This document shows, in pieces, positions 10,548-20,214 of a stretch of 32,000 nt of DNA. Within the stretch, counting starts at the first letter, position 1; each line of letters starts with the position of its first letter. The notes under the pieces are model-generated. The model was not told where the DNA came from. It saw nothing but the letters and a program-made list of their open reading frames with translations, and did not search any database. The translations under genes and the position numbers were made by a program. The DNA comes from Vibrio vulnificus CMCP6 (GTDB lineage: Bacteria; Pseudomonadota; Gammaproteobacteria; Enterobacterales; Vibrionaceae), in assembly GCF_000039765.1 (NCBI RefSeq), contig NC_004459.3:1620001-1652000 (forward strand). The letters are read 5' to 3'.

Positions 10548-10585
10548 TTGTAACTTTTAAAATTAATTTCATTTAAAAACAATAG

Positions 10586-10993
<408 letters not shown>

Positions 10994-11020
10994 CGATTCA
11001 AAGGATTGGAGAGATACATT

Positions 11021-12250
11021 ATGGAATTAACAACAACAGTCTCGGAACTACGCTACGCGCTCGATACCTTTTTCTTCCTTATTTCTGGGGCGCTGGTGAT
11101 GTGGATGGCAGCGGGTTTCGCCATGCTGGAAGCGGGGTTGGTTCGTTCAAAGAACACCACGGAAATCTTAACTAAAAACTTCTGCCTATACGCGATTGCG
11201 TGCACCACGTATTTAGTCGTGGGCTACAACATTATGTACGTGGATAACAGTGAAGGCGGCTGGTTGCCTTCGATTGGCGCATTAATTGGTAGCCAAGCAG
11301 AAGGAGCCGATCACTCACTTGAGTCTGATTTCTTCTTCCAAGTGGTGTTTGTGGCAACGGCTATGTCAGTGGTATCTGGTGCGGTAGCGGAGCGTATGAA
11401 GCTTTGGTCTTTCCTACTGTTCTCTGCCATTTTGACTGCCTTTATCTATCCGGTAGAAGGTTATTGGACTTGGGGTGGCGGCTTCTTGTCAGCGGCGGGT
11501 TTTAGTGACTTTGCAGGTTCAGGCATTGTGCACATGGCAGGTGCAGCGGCGGCTTTAGCAGGTGTACTGCTACTGGGGGCGCGCAAAGGTAAATATGGCA
11601 AAAATGGTGAAGTATATCCCATCCCAGGTTCAAACATGCCATTGGCAACGTTAGGTACCTTTATTCTTTGGTTTGGCTGGTTTGGTTTTAATGGTGGCTC
11701 ACAGTTAATGGTGTCTGACTTTGAAAACGCGACGGCGGTTGGGCAAATTTTCCTAAACACCAACGCCGCAGCTGCAGCGGGGGCCATTACCGCGCTATTG
11801 GTGTGTAAAACAACTTGGGGCAAAGCCGATTTAACCATGATTCTCAATGGTGCGCTTGCTGGTTTAGTTGCGATTACTGCGGACCCTCTTTCACCATCAC
11901 CTTTGTATGCGGTGGCGATTGGTGCGGTAGCGGGTGCCTTGGTTGTGTTCAGTATCGTTGGTCTCGATAAGCTAAAAATTGATGATCCAGTGGGTGCGAT
12001 CTCGGTTCACGGTGTGTGTGGCTTCTTTGGTCTCATGGTCGTACCAATCAGCAACGGTGATGCGAGTTTTCTTTCGCAACTATTTGGCGCAGCAGTGATT
12101 TTTGCTTGGGTATTTGGTGCAAGCCTTGCGGTTTGGGCAGTACTCAAAGCCACCATCGGCATCCGAGTATCGGAAGATGAAGAGATGGAAGGAATGGACA
12201 TGCACGACTGTGGTGTTGGTGCGTACCCAGAATTCGTTACGGTAAAATAA
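11021..12250 (+). CDS. amtB: Ammonium transporter
   Basis: Amt family, FFFLISGALVMWMAAGFAMLEAGLVRSKN...GSGIVHMAGAAAAL...GVCGFFGLM. Linked to glnK. ATG at 11021 preferred over the track's TTG at 11006. Confidence 0.96.
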   Translation: MELTTTVSELRYALDTFFFLISGALVMWMAAGFAMLEAGLVRSKNTTEILTKNFCLYAIACTTYLVVGYNIMYVDNSEGGWLPSIGALIGSQAEGADHSLESDFFFQVVFVATAMSVVSGAVAERMKLWSFLLFSAILTAFIYPVEGYWTWGGGFLSAAGFSDFAGSGIVHMAGAAAALAGVLLLGARKGKYGKNGEVYPIPGSNMPLATLGTFILWFGWFGFNGGSQLMVSDFENATAVGQIFLNTNAAAAAGAITALLVCKTTWGKADLTMILNGALAGLVAITADPLSPSPLYAVAIGAVAGALVVFSIVGLDKLKIDDPVGAISVHGVCGFFGLMVVPISNGDASFLSQLFGAAVIFAWVFGASLAVWAVLKATIGIRVSEDEEMEGMDMHDCGVGAYPEFVTVK

Positions 12251-12287
12251 GTTAATTAAGACATACTTGTTTACAAATAAAAATATC

Positions 12288-12318
12288 AAAAACCTGCTCA
12301 TACCAGCAGGTTTTTTTG
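12288..12318 (+). terminator. Rho-independent terminator after amtB
   Basis: AAAAACCTGCTCATACCAGCAGGTTTTTTTG: stem with T-run. Confidence 0.88.
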
Positions 12319-12364
12319 TTTTCCGTCATTGTTTTCTAAACTATGATGAATATAATAACGCTAC

Positions 12365-12379
12365 TGATAAACGTTATCA
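12365..12379 (+). promoter_or_regulatory. Fur box upstream of fbpA
   Basis: TGATAAACGTTATCA matches the 7-1-7 Fur consensus TGATAATNATTATCA at 12 of 14 specified positions, 24 bp before the fbpA ATG. Confidence 0.78.
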
Positions 12380-12403
12380 TTACGAATCTAAAGGATTGAA
12401 TCA

Positions 12404-13417
12404 ATGAAAAAGCTGCTTACTCTTTCTGCGCTTGCATGTGCGACGCTTGCTCCTACAGCAATGGCTGCTGAAGAGGTCAATGTTTACTCTTACCGTCAAC
12501 CTTTCCTTGTTGAGCCAATGTTCAATGAGTTCACAAAGGAAACCGGCATCAAAGTAAACGTGATGTTTGCAAAAACTGGTATTGCAGAAAAACTCGCGCA
12601 AGAAGGCGAATACAGCCCTGCTGACGTAATTCTAACCGTAGATATCAGCCGTCTTGCAGAGCTAACAGACAAAGGTCTTGTTCAGCCAGTCAACAGCGAA
12701 ATCATTGAAGCCAATGTTCCTGCTCAATACCAAGACAAAGAAAACGAGTGGTTTGCACTAACGACTCGTACTCGTAGCGTTTATTCTTCTCGTGATCGCG
12801 TTGGTAAGTTAGGCGATGCTTTCACTTATGAAGATCTTGCTAAGCCAGAATTCAAAGGCAAAATCTGTACTCGTAGCGGTAAGCACCCTTACAATATTTC
12901 GCTGGTCTCTGCGATGATTGCACACCACGGCGAAGCTGAAACCAAGAAATGGTTGGAAGGCGTAAAAGCAAACCTAGCTCGCAAACCTCAAGGTAACGAC
13001 CGTGGTCAAGTGAAGGCAATTAAAGAAGGCCTTTGTGATGTTTCTCTAGGTAACAGCTACTACCTAGGTGCAATGGTTAACGATAAAGAGCAGAAAGTGT
13101 GGGCGGATGCGGTTTACATTAACTTCCCTAACCAGCAAACCACGGGTACGCACGTGAATATTTCTGGTATGGCGATGGCGAAATACGCACCAAATAAAGC
13201 CAATGCGCAGAAGCTAATGGAATTCCTAACAGGCGACAAAGCACAGCACATGTATGCGGAAGTGAACTACGAATACCCAGTGAAAGCGGGTGTGGAGCGT
13301 TCTGAACTTGTGGCTTCTTGGGGCGATTTCAAAGCAGACACCATTTCTCTAGATGACATCGCATCACATCACGCAGCAGCAATCAAACTGATTGATGAAG
13401 TGAAATTTGACCTTTAA
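12404..13417 (+). CDS. fbpA: Ferric iron ABC transporter, periplasmic iron-binding protein
   Basis: Signal peptide MKKLLTLSALACATLAPTAMA. FbpA/FutA-type protein EEVNVYSYRQPFLVEPMFNEFTKETGIKVNV...YPVKAGVE. Followed by fbpB and fbpC. Confidence 0.93.
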   Translation: MKKLLTLSALACATLAPTAMAAEEVNVYSYRQPFLVEPMFNEFTKETGIKVNVMFAKTGIAEKLAQEGEYSPADVILTVDISRLAELTDKGLVQPVNSEIIEANVPAQYQDKENEWFALTTRTRSVYSSRDRVGKLGDAFTYEDLAKPEFKGKICTRSGKHPYNISLVSAMIAHHGEAETKKWLEGVKANLARKPQGNDRGQVKAIKEGLCDVSLGNSYYLGAMVNDKEQKVWADAVYINFPNQQTTGTHVNISGMAMAKYAPNKANAQKLMEFLTGDKAQHMYAEVNYEYPVKAGVERSELVASWGDFKADTISLDDIASHHAAAIKLIDEVKFDL

Positions 13418-13424
13418 ATGAAAC

Positions 13425-13446
13425 TAGGGGTATAACTATACCCCTA
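13425..13446 (+). other. Intercistronic stem-loop between fbpA and fbpB
   Basis: TAGGGGTATA-AC-TATACCCCTA: perfect 10-bp inverted repeat, 8 nt after the fbpA stop, followed only by a short T-rich stretch. Confidence 0.7.
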
Positions 13447-13516
13447 TTTATTAAAGTGATATGAGATGTATTTGCAAACGCATCTGTGTTTCATACGCCC
13501 GTGCAGTTATTAGGCG

Positions 13517-15142
13517 ATGAAAGAAAAAAAATACACATGGAAAACCAGTAGTGGGGCATTGGCTTTACTGCTGGTTTTGCCGATTTTGGCGATCTTCTAT
13601 ACCGCTGTCGGATACAGTGATGAGCTGTTTGCTCATTTGATGTCGACGGTGATGCCATCTTACATATTGAATACCATTCTTTTGACGACGGGCGTGTTAG
13701 TTGTCTCTCTCATTTTGGGTATTCCTAGTGCGTGGTTCATGGCCATGTGCAAACTTCCCACTGAAAAATGGTTGCAATGGGCCTTAGTACTGCCATTGGC
13801 TATGCCGGGGTACATCATAGGTTATATTTTTACCGATTGGTTTGATTTTGCTGGTCCTGTACAGATTTTACTGCGAGATCTCACTGGGTGGGGCCCAGGA
13901 GACTATTGGTTTCCTGATATTCGAACGGTAGCAGGGGCTACCTTCGTGCTGTCGCTCGTGCTCTATCCATATGTTTATTTACTCTGCCGCGCTGCTTTTA
14001 TGGAGCAAAACGTCTCTTTACTGCAAAGTGCGCGACTCTTGAAGTGCAGTGCATGGGAGAGCTTTTGGCGTATTTCTATGCCACTTGCTCGTCCTTCGAT
14101 TGCGGTGGGTTTGTCGCTGGTGGCGATGGAGACCATTGGTGACTTCGGCACTGTGAGCTATTTTGCCGTCAACACGCTCACCACTGCGGTGTATGACACT
14201 TGGCTTGGTTACTCCAACTTAAACGCGGCGGCAAAAATTTCAGCCTTAATGCTACTGATTGTCATCTTATTACTCAGTGCGGAGCGTTATAGCCGACGTA
14301 AGCAAAAGCTCTTCCAAGCGCAGTTCAATAGCCACGAAGATTTCCGCTATGAACTCAAAGGCTGGAAAATGTGGGCAGCACTGATTTGGTGTTGGGGTTT
14401 GGTCGCCATTGCCTTTATTTTCCCGTTGTTGCAGTTGGTGGACTACTCGATTACCTATTTTGAACAAAGTTGGACCAATGAATTTCGTCGCTTTGCCATG
14501 AATAGCCTTAAAGTCTCGATTGCAGCGGCCATCGTTGCGGTGATTGTCGCATTGATCGTCAATTTCAATCATCGTTTACACAATCAGAAAACCAGCTTGG
14601 CGTGCATTCGTTTATCGTCATTGGGGTATGCGGTGCCAGGCACCGTATTGGCGATTGGCATCATGGTGCCAGTATTGTCTATGGATCACTTGGTCAATGA
14701 TGTTGCGAAATACATGGGATGGGGCAGACCAGGTCTGATTTTCTCAGGTACCATTTTTGCGATCATTTTTGCTATGGTCGTGCGTTTTTCTGCGGTGGCG
14801 ATTGGCAGCATTGAAAGCAGCTTGAACAAAATCTCCCCTTCGCTTGATATGGCATCACGTACTATGGGCTGCCATGCCAATGCCATGTTGTGGCGTGTGC
14901 ACTTCCCGCTGATCAAACGCGGCATGCTGATTGCTGGATTGTTGGTGTTTATTGAGTCGATGAAAGAGTTGAACGCTGCGCTGCTACTGCGCCCATTCAA
15001 CTTTGAAACCTTGGCCACCTATGTATACAACTACGCCTCCGACGAGCGTTTGGAACTGGCTGCATTGCCGGCGGTGTTGTTGGTGTTGGTTGGATTGATC
15101 CCCCTTGTTATCGTTAACCGTTCACTGGAGCAGAGTCACTAA
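13517..15142 (+). CDS. fbpB: Ferric iron ABC transporter, permease protein (fused two-domain)
   Basis: 541 aa membrane protein with two copies of the permease module (EAA-like GSIESSLNKISPSLDMASRTMGCHANAMLWRVHFPLI). Overlaps fbpC. Confidence 0.93.
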   Translation: MKEKKYTWKTSSGALALLLVLPILAIFYTAVGYSDELFAHLMSTVMPSYILNTILLTTGVLVVSLILGIPSAWFMAMCKLPTEKWLQWALVLPLAMPGYIIGYIFTDWFDFAGPVQILLRDLTGWGPGDYWFPDIRTVAGATFVLSLVLYPYVYLLCRAAFMEQNVSLLQSARLLKCSAWESFWRISMPLARPSIAVGLSLVAMETIGDFGTVSYFAVNTLTTAVYDTWLGYSNLNAAAKISALMLLIVILLLSAERYSRRKQKLFQAQFNSHEDFRYELKGWKMWAALIWCWGLVAIAFIFPLLQLVDYSITYFEQSWTNEFRRFAMNSLKVSIAAAIVAVIVALIVNFNHRLHNQKTSLACIRLSSLGYAVPGTVLAIGIMVPVLSMDHLVNDVAKYMGWGRPGLIFSGTIFAIIFAMVVRFSAVAIGSIESSLNKISPSLDMASRTMGCHANAMLWRVHFPLIKRGMLIAGLLVFIESMKELNAALLLRPFNFETLATYVYNYASDERLELAALPAVLLVLVGLIPLVIVNRSLEQSH

Positions 15143-16170
15143 TGAGTTGCGCACTATCGATTAAAAACCTGACTTGTCAATACGATGCTCAAACGGTGCT
15201 TGAGTCACTCTCTCTGGAAGTGGAACAAGGGCAGATTGTTTGTTTACTTGGGGCCAGTGGTTGCGGAAAAACCACTTTATTGAAAGCCATCGCAGGGCTG
15301 CTGCCTCTCTCTTCGGGAGAGATGAGTTTAAACTGCATGATGATCGATAATGGTGAGCATTGGGTGCCACCTGAGCAGCGTAATATCGGCATGATTTTCC
15401 AAGATTATGCGCTGTTTCCTCACCTGACTGTGGCAGAGAATGTGGCGTTTGGTTTGCGCGGTTGGAGCAGTGAAGCTCGCCAAAGCAAAGTCAAAGAAAT
15501 GCTAGAGTTGGTGCATTTGTCTCCTTTTGCCGATCGTTACCCGCATCAGCTCTCGGGTGGCCAACAGCAACGAGTGGCGATTGCGCGTTCGTTGGCGTAC
15601 AAGCCAGATTTGCTTCTGCTCGATGAACCGTTCTCGAACATCGACACACAAGTACGCCATGAACTGATTGCTGAGATTCGTAAAATCTTTAAGCAGCAAG
15701 GCGTAACAGCAATTTTCGTTACGCACAGCCGTGAAGAAGCGTTCGCTTTTGCCGATAAAATGGCGGTAATGAATCACGGTGTGATTGAACAATATGGCAC
15801 GGCGTCTGAGTTATATTACAAACCGTCGAGCAAGTTTGTCGCGGATTTCCTTGGCGGCGGCAGTTACCTCCCAGCGAAGCGTTTATCGGAATCCGAGTTT
15901 GAAACCCATTTGGGTGTCGTTGAAGCTACTGCGCAGCAATCGATTTTGATTAATGATCCGTGTGAGTTGTTGTTGCGTCCTCAGCATATTCAAATCAGTG
16001 CCTCAGAGGAAAGCAGTATCCGTATTATGGAGCAGCAATTTATGGGTGATCACTGCCGCTATGTGATCGAAGCCAATGGCAATAAATTGTTAGCCAGTTC
16101 GGCGGAAGCGCTCAATATCGGACAAATGGTCTCGGTGAAAGTTGATACCCAAGGCATCTTGGCGTTTTAA
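15142..16170 (+). CDS. fbpC: Ferric iron ABC transporter, ATP-binding protein
   Basis: Walker A GASGCGKTT, signature LSGGQQQRVAIARSL, Walker B LLLLDEPFSNID. ATG overlaps the fbpB stop region. Confidence 0.94.
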   Translation: MSCALSIKNLTCQYDAQTVLESLSLEVEQGQIVCLLGASGCGKTTLLKAIAGLLPLSSGEMSLNCMMIDNGEHWVPPEQRNIGMIFQDYALFPHLTVAENVAFGLRGWSSEARQSKVKEMLELVHLSPFADRYPHQLSGGQQQRVAIARSLAYKPDLLLLDEPFSNIDTQVRHELIAEIRKIFKQQGVTAIFVTHSREEAFAFADKMAVMNHGVIEQYGTASELYYKPSSKFVADFLGGGSYLPAKRLSESEFETHLGVVEATAQQSILINDPCELLLRPQHIQISASEESSIRIMEQQFMGDHCRYVIEANGNKLLASSAEALNIGQMVSVKVDTQGILAF

Positions 16171-16173
16171 ACG

Positions 16174-16198
16174 AAAAAAGCCCGACCTAGGGTCGGGC
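16174..16198 (-). terminator. Rho-independent terminator for the minus-strand chitin operon
   Basis: Plus strand AAAAAAGCCCGACCTAGGGTCGGGC. On the minus strand this is an 8-bp GC stem followed by TTTTTT. Confidence 0.82.
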
Positions 16199-16234
16199 AA
16201 ATGGTACGTCATGTGAACAACCGTGAGGTTGCGT

Positions 16235-17647
16235 TTAAAGAGCCAGAAACTCTTTAAACTGATGAACGACCAGTTCGGCAGTCTCTTTATCCTGCATCTC
16301 AGCAAAAATTCGCAGCAAAGGTTCAGTACCGGAGAAGCGAGCTATCACCCAGCCTCCGTTTTTGAAGTACACTTTCGCTCCATCGTCATAACTGACTTTT
16401 TCGATCTCAAAGCCAAATTCAGGCAATTGTTTTTCGATATAAATCTTGTCATACAGCGATTGTTTTGCCGCTGGTTTGAACTTGCAGTCGCCCTCAGCCA
16501 TGTAGGCATAGCCGTACTTGCTGTAGATCTCTTCTAATAGCTCAGAAAGCTTTTTGCCCGTCACGGAAATCATTTCAACTAATAGGCTCGATGCAAACAC
16601 GCCATCTTTGCCTTTGATATGACCACGAATGGTTAAGCCGCCCGAACTCTCACCACCGATCAAAGAGTCGTCCGCTTCCATCTGTGAACTGATGTGTTTA
16701 AAGCCTACAGGCACTTCAAAACACTTCTCACCATGATCGGCAGCGATTTTATCCAACAGGTGCGTGGTGGCGATGTTGCGAACCACAGAACCTGTCCAGC
16801 CTTTGTATTTGAGTAGGTAGTAATACAATAGGATCAACACTTCGTTCGGATGAATGAAGTTGCCTTTTTCATCGATAATGCCCAAACGGTCTGCATCGCC
16901 ATCGGTACCAATGCCGATGTCGTAGCCTTGTGCCGCCACAAGGTGCTTCAGACGATAAAGGGTCGCTGCGCTTGGGGATGGCATTAAGCCGCCAAAGTCA
17001 GGGTTCTTGCCATCGTTGATCACGTCGACATCACAGCGCCCATTGATCAATACCGTTTGCAGCGCGTTTTTCGCCACGCCAAACATAGGATCGATCAGCA
17101 CGCGTAGATTGGCTTTTTTGATCGCTTCAATGTCGATGAAATTGATGATGGAATCGACAAACTCGTTCATCGGGTTGATGATGACAATTTGTTTGTCTTC
17201 TACCGCTTGTTCGAAATCGACACTTTGCACTTGATCCAAGGTCAGATGAGCAATTTGCGCTTCGATTTTCTGCGTGATCACTTCGTCCGCATCACGGCCA
17301 CCTTCAATGAACACTTTCACGCCATTGTAGTCGGCAGGGTTGTGAGAAGCGGTAATACAGGCAGAGTAAGCACAGCCCATTTCTTTGGCCTTGAACATCA
17401 CAATTGGCGTTGGGACAAATTTATTGATGAAGCTCACCACAATACCATTAGCGGCAAGGACTTCGGCAAACCAAGCGCCGGCTTTATCCGATAGAAAACG
17501 ACGGTCATAGCCAATCACAAAACCGCGCTCAGCGACCTGTTCGTTATTGATGATGTTAGCTACGGCTTGTGCGACCAAGCGAACGTTATCTTTGGTGAAC
17601 TCTTCGCCAATAAAAGCGCGCCAGCCACCGGTTCCAAATTTGATCAT
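16235..17647 (-). CDS. Phosphoglucomutase/phosphomannomutase family phosphohexomutase (probable GlcNAc-phosphate mutase of chitobiose pathway)
   Basis: MIKFGTGGWRAFIGEEFTKDNVRLVAQ, catalytic serine segment ITASHNPADYNG, metal loop GTDGDADRLG, GESSGGLT. Start moved to the ATG at 17647. Confidence 0.88.
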   Translation of the reverse strand: MIKFGTGGWRAFIGEEFTKDNVRLVAQAVANIINNEQVAERGFVIGYDRRFLSDKAGAWFAEVLAANGIVVSFINKFVPTPIVMFKAKEMGCAYSACITASHNPADYNGVKVFIEGGRDADEVITQKIEAQIAHLTLDQVQSVDFEQAVEDKQIVIINPMNEFVDSIINFIDIEAIKKANLRVLIDPMFGVAKNALQTVLINGRCDVDVINDGKNPDFGGLMPSPSAATLYRLKHLVAAQGYDIGIGTDGDADRLGIIDEKGNFIHPNEVLILLYYYLLKYKGWTGSVVRNIATTHLLDKIAADHGEKCFEVPVGFKHISSQMEADDSLIGGESSGGLTIRGHIKGKDGVFASSLLVEMISVTGKKLSELLEEIYSKYGYAYMAEGDCKFKPAAKQSLYDKIYIEKQLPEFGFEIEKVSYDDGAKVYFKNGGWVIARFSGTEPLLRIFAEMQDKETAELVVHQFKEFLAL

Positions 17648-17718
17648 AATTCGATCTCCCTTAGGAAATGGCCCGTAGGCCATTTCCCAAACTATTTGCT
17701 AGCGATAACGTGATGGGA

Positions 17719-20124
17719 TTAACCCAAAACGACCACAACCTCATTCACGGTGCCTTCTGCCTGCGCAGGAACGGCACCTTCGATCGCTTGACCATTTAAT
17801 GTGATGGATTTAACGCCCTTAGAAACACCTTGTGGGTTTTCGACTTTGATTTGGTAAGTCGCGCCACGCCATTGACGAGTCACTTCAAAACCAGGCCACG
17901 CTGTTGGAATACATGGGTCGATCTCAAGTGAATCAAAACCAGTACGCACACCGAGAATGAAGTTGGTGGTGGCGTAGTAAGCCCAACCTGAGGTTCCCGT
18001 TAACCAAGGGTGGTTTGCACGACCATGGTCTTGGTGGTCACGGCCCATGATGAACTGAACGTAGGAGTACGGTTCTGCCATGCGCGTTTCAATGATGTCG
18101 TTTTGGTTGTATGGGTTGAGTGAGTCGTAAAGCTCCATTGCGCGATCACCACGGCCCAGTTTCGCTTCTGCAACCCAAGCCCATGGGTTTGGATGCGAGA
18201 AGATAGCGCCGTTTTCTTTCACGCCTTGGTAAACGCGAGTGACGAAACCAATATCATCGTTTGGTGTCGCGAACGATGGTGCGTTTAGGTGTAGGCCGTA
18301 TTTCGAGAACAGGTACTCGTATACCGCGTCCATCGCCTTGATGCCGCGCTCGTGGCTGACTGCGCCAGACAGTACTGCCAGCGAGTTTGACTCAAGGTGC
18401 ACTTTGCCTTCCACTTGGTCGAAGGTACCGATCTTGTCGCCATCTTTGGTCAAACCACGGATGTACCATTCGCCTTTCTCATCCCACAAATGAGTTTCAC
18501 ACGCTTCACGAACGCCGCTTGCCATCGCTTGGTATTTGTCTGTCGCCGCTTCGTCATTACGGAAGCGAGAAAGCTCTAGGAAGGCTTCCAGTGCCCAGAA
18601 ATGCAGGAATGACACCATGGAAGACTCACCACCACCTAGGTTTAGACAGTCGTTCCAGTCTGCGCGTAGACCTTTACAGATACCCGTTTGACCGACGTAT
18701 TCTGCGGAGAAATCCAGTGCCGCCATCATGTGTTCATACACAGTCGCGTTGCCGCCGTCTGCATAAGGAATCACTTCATCAATAAAGCCGATATCGCCCG
18801 TCTCTTTCACATAGTTCAAGATGGTTGGCACGATCCATAGGTGATCGTCGGAACAGGTGTCTTTGATACCGTGGATCTTGTCATCGTCAGATGGTGTTGG
18901 GACAACGGTTGGTGATTTTGATGGTTTAACATCCGCTTTTTCTGGATCGAACCAATCTGGATCAAATAGGTGTAAACCGTATCCCGCTTTCACTTGGCCG
19001 CGAAGCAGATCAACCAAGCGTTTGCGCGTCATTGCTGGGTTGGTGTGAGGAACCGAAATTGCGTCTTGCGCGGTATCGCGGTAACCCAAGCCTGTGCGGC
19101 CACCCACTTCAATGAAAGAGGCAAAGCGAGACCACACCACACACGTTTCTGCTTGGTATAGAGTCCATGCGTTGATCATGGTATCCAAACCTGCGTTTGG
19201 TGATTTCACTTGGAACTTCTCACAGCGCTCGTCCCAGTGCGCTTTGATACCAGCAAAGGCTTGATCGACTTTAGTGAGATCTTGGTATTTCTCGCGCAGT
19301 TTTGCGCCATTACCTTTACCTACACCTAAGATCACTGCAAAGCGTACTTTTTCGCCAGGTTGTAGAACGAATTGTTTGTGCAACGCGCCACAGTGGTTGT
19401 AACAGGTTTGTGCAGTGTTAGAACACTTACCTTGTGCCACAGCGATTGGGTTTGCTTCGTCGCGGTACATACCGAGGAAGACATCGCGTTGGCCGTCGTA
19501 GCTGTCAGCATCAAACGTGGCTGTCAGGTAGTAGAAACCTAAGAAGTCGTCGGTGTTGTAGTATAGATCGTACTCAATCACGCCATCTTTGTACTCGGTA
19601 CCTGCAGAGTACAAGGACATCTGATGGTTTTGGTTGTCCGATTTAATGTGGCTGAAAGAAAACTCGACGTAGTTGAATGCACTGATGGTGCGCACTTCGT
19701 CAGAGGTGTTCTCGATTTCAACGTCCCAAACTTCCGCGTCTTCACCTTTTGGTACAAACAGGGTTTTGTTGGCAACAATGCCATTGTATTCACACTTAAA
19801 CTTGGAATAAGACAGGCCGTGACGAACTTCGTATTTCGCCTGCTCTAGGCTTTTAGCCACAGGCTGCCATGAAATTGACCAGTAATCACCCGTTGCATCA
19901 TCGCGTAGGTAGACATAGTGCCCCGGACGATCTTGAGTAAAGTTTGGACGGAACTTGGTCACACGGTTGTACTCAGGAGAGTGATAGAAAGAGTATCCCC
20001 CTGCGTTGTGTGAAATAACGGTACAGAATTTTTCGGTACCTAAGTAGTTGGTCCATGGTGCCGGTACATCCGGGCGAGTGATGACGTATTCACGATTGTC
20101 ATTATCGAAATAGCCGTATTTCAT
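17719..20124 (-). CDS. chbP: N,N'-diacetylchitobiose phosphorylase (GH94)
   Basis: MKYGYFDNDNREYVITRPDVPAPWTNYLGTEKFCTVISHNAGGYSFYHSPEYNRVTKFRPN...LRADWNDCLNLGGGESSMV, essentially identical in pattern to characterised Vibrio ChbP. ATG at 20130 (MTMKY) is an alternative start. Confidence 0.95.
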   Translation of the reverse strand: MKYGYFDNDNREYVITRPDVPAPWTNYLGTEKFCTVISHNAGGYSFYHSPEYNRVTKFRPNFTQDRPGHYVYLRDDATGDYWSISWQPVAKSLEQAKYEVRHGLSYSKFKCEYNGIVANKTLFVPKGEDAEVWDVEIENTSDEVRTISAFNYVEFSFSHIKSDNQNHQMSLYSAGTEYKDGVIEYDLYYNTDDFLGFYYLTATFDADSYDGQRDVFLGMYRDEANPIAVAQGKCSNTAQTCYNHCGALHKQFVLQPGEKVRFAVILGVGKGNGAKLREKYQDLTKVDQAFAGIKAHWDERCEKFQVKSPNAGLDTMINAWTLYQAETCVVWSRFASFIEVGGRTGLGYRDTAQDAISVPHTNPAMTRKRLVDLLRGQVKAGYGLHLFDPDWFDPEKADVKPSKSPTVVPTPSDDDKIHGIKDTCSDDHLWIVPTILNYVKETGDIGFIDEVIPYADGGNATVYEHMMAALDFSAEYVGQTGICKGLRADWNDCLNLGGGESSMVSFLHFWALEAFLELSRFRNDEAATDKYQAMASGVREACETHLWDEKGEWYIRGLTKDGDKIGTFDQVEGKVHLESNSLAVLSGAVSHERGIKAMDAVYEYLFSKYGLHLNAPSFATPNDDIGFVTRVYQGVKENGAIFSHPNPWAWVAEAKLGRGDRAMELYDSLNPYNQNDIIETRMAEPYSYVQFIMGRDHQDHGRANHPWLTGTSGWAYYATTNFILGVRTGFDSLEIDPCIPTAWPGFEVTRQWRGATYQIKVENPQGVSKGVKSITLNGQAIEGAVPAQAEGTVNEVVVVLG

Positions 20125-20214
20125 TGTCATTTCCTTTTCAACAAACTGCTTGGTAAGGCAGTCAAAAACTAAAGCTAGTGAAAACTTAGGAAAGCGAGGC
20201 TTTCATTCGGTTGT

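Noticed and set aside
18387-18785. 132-aa plus-strand ORF antisense to the GH94 gene
   Set aside because: Sits opposite a highly conserved enzyme and has no recognisable domain or SD.
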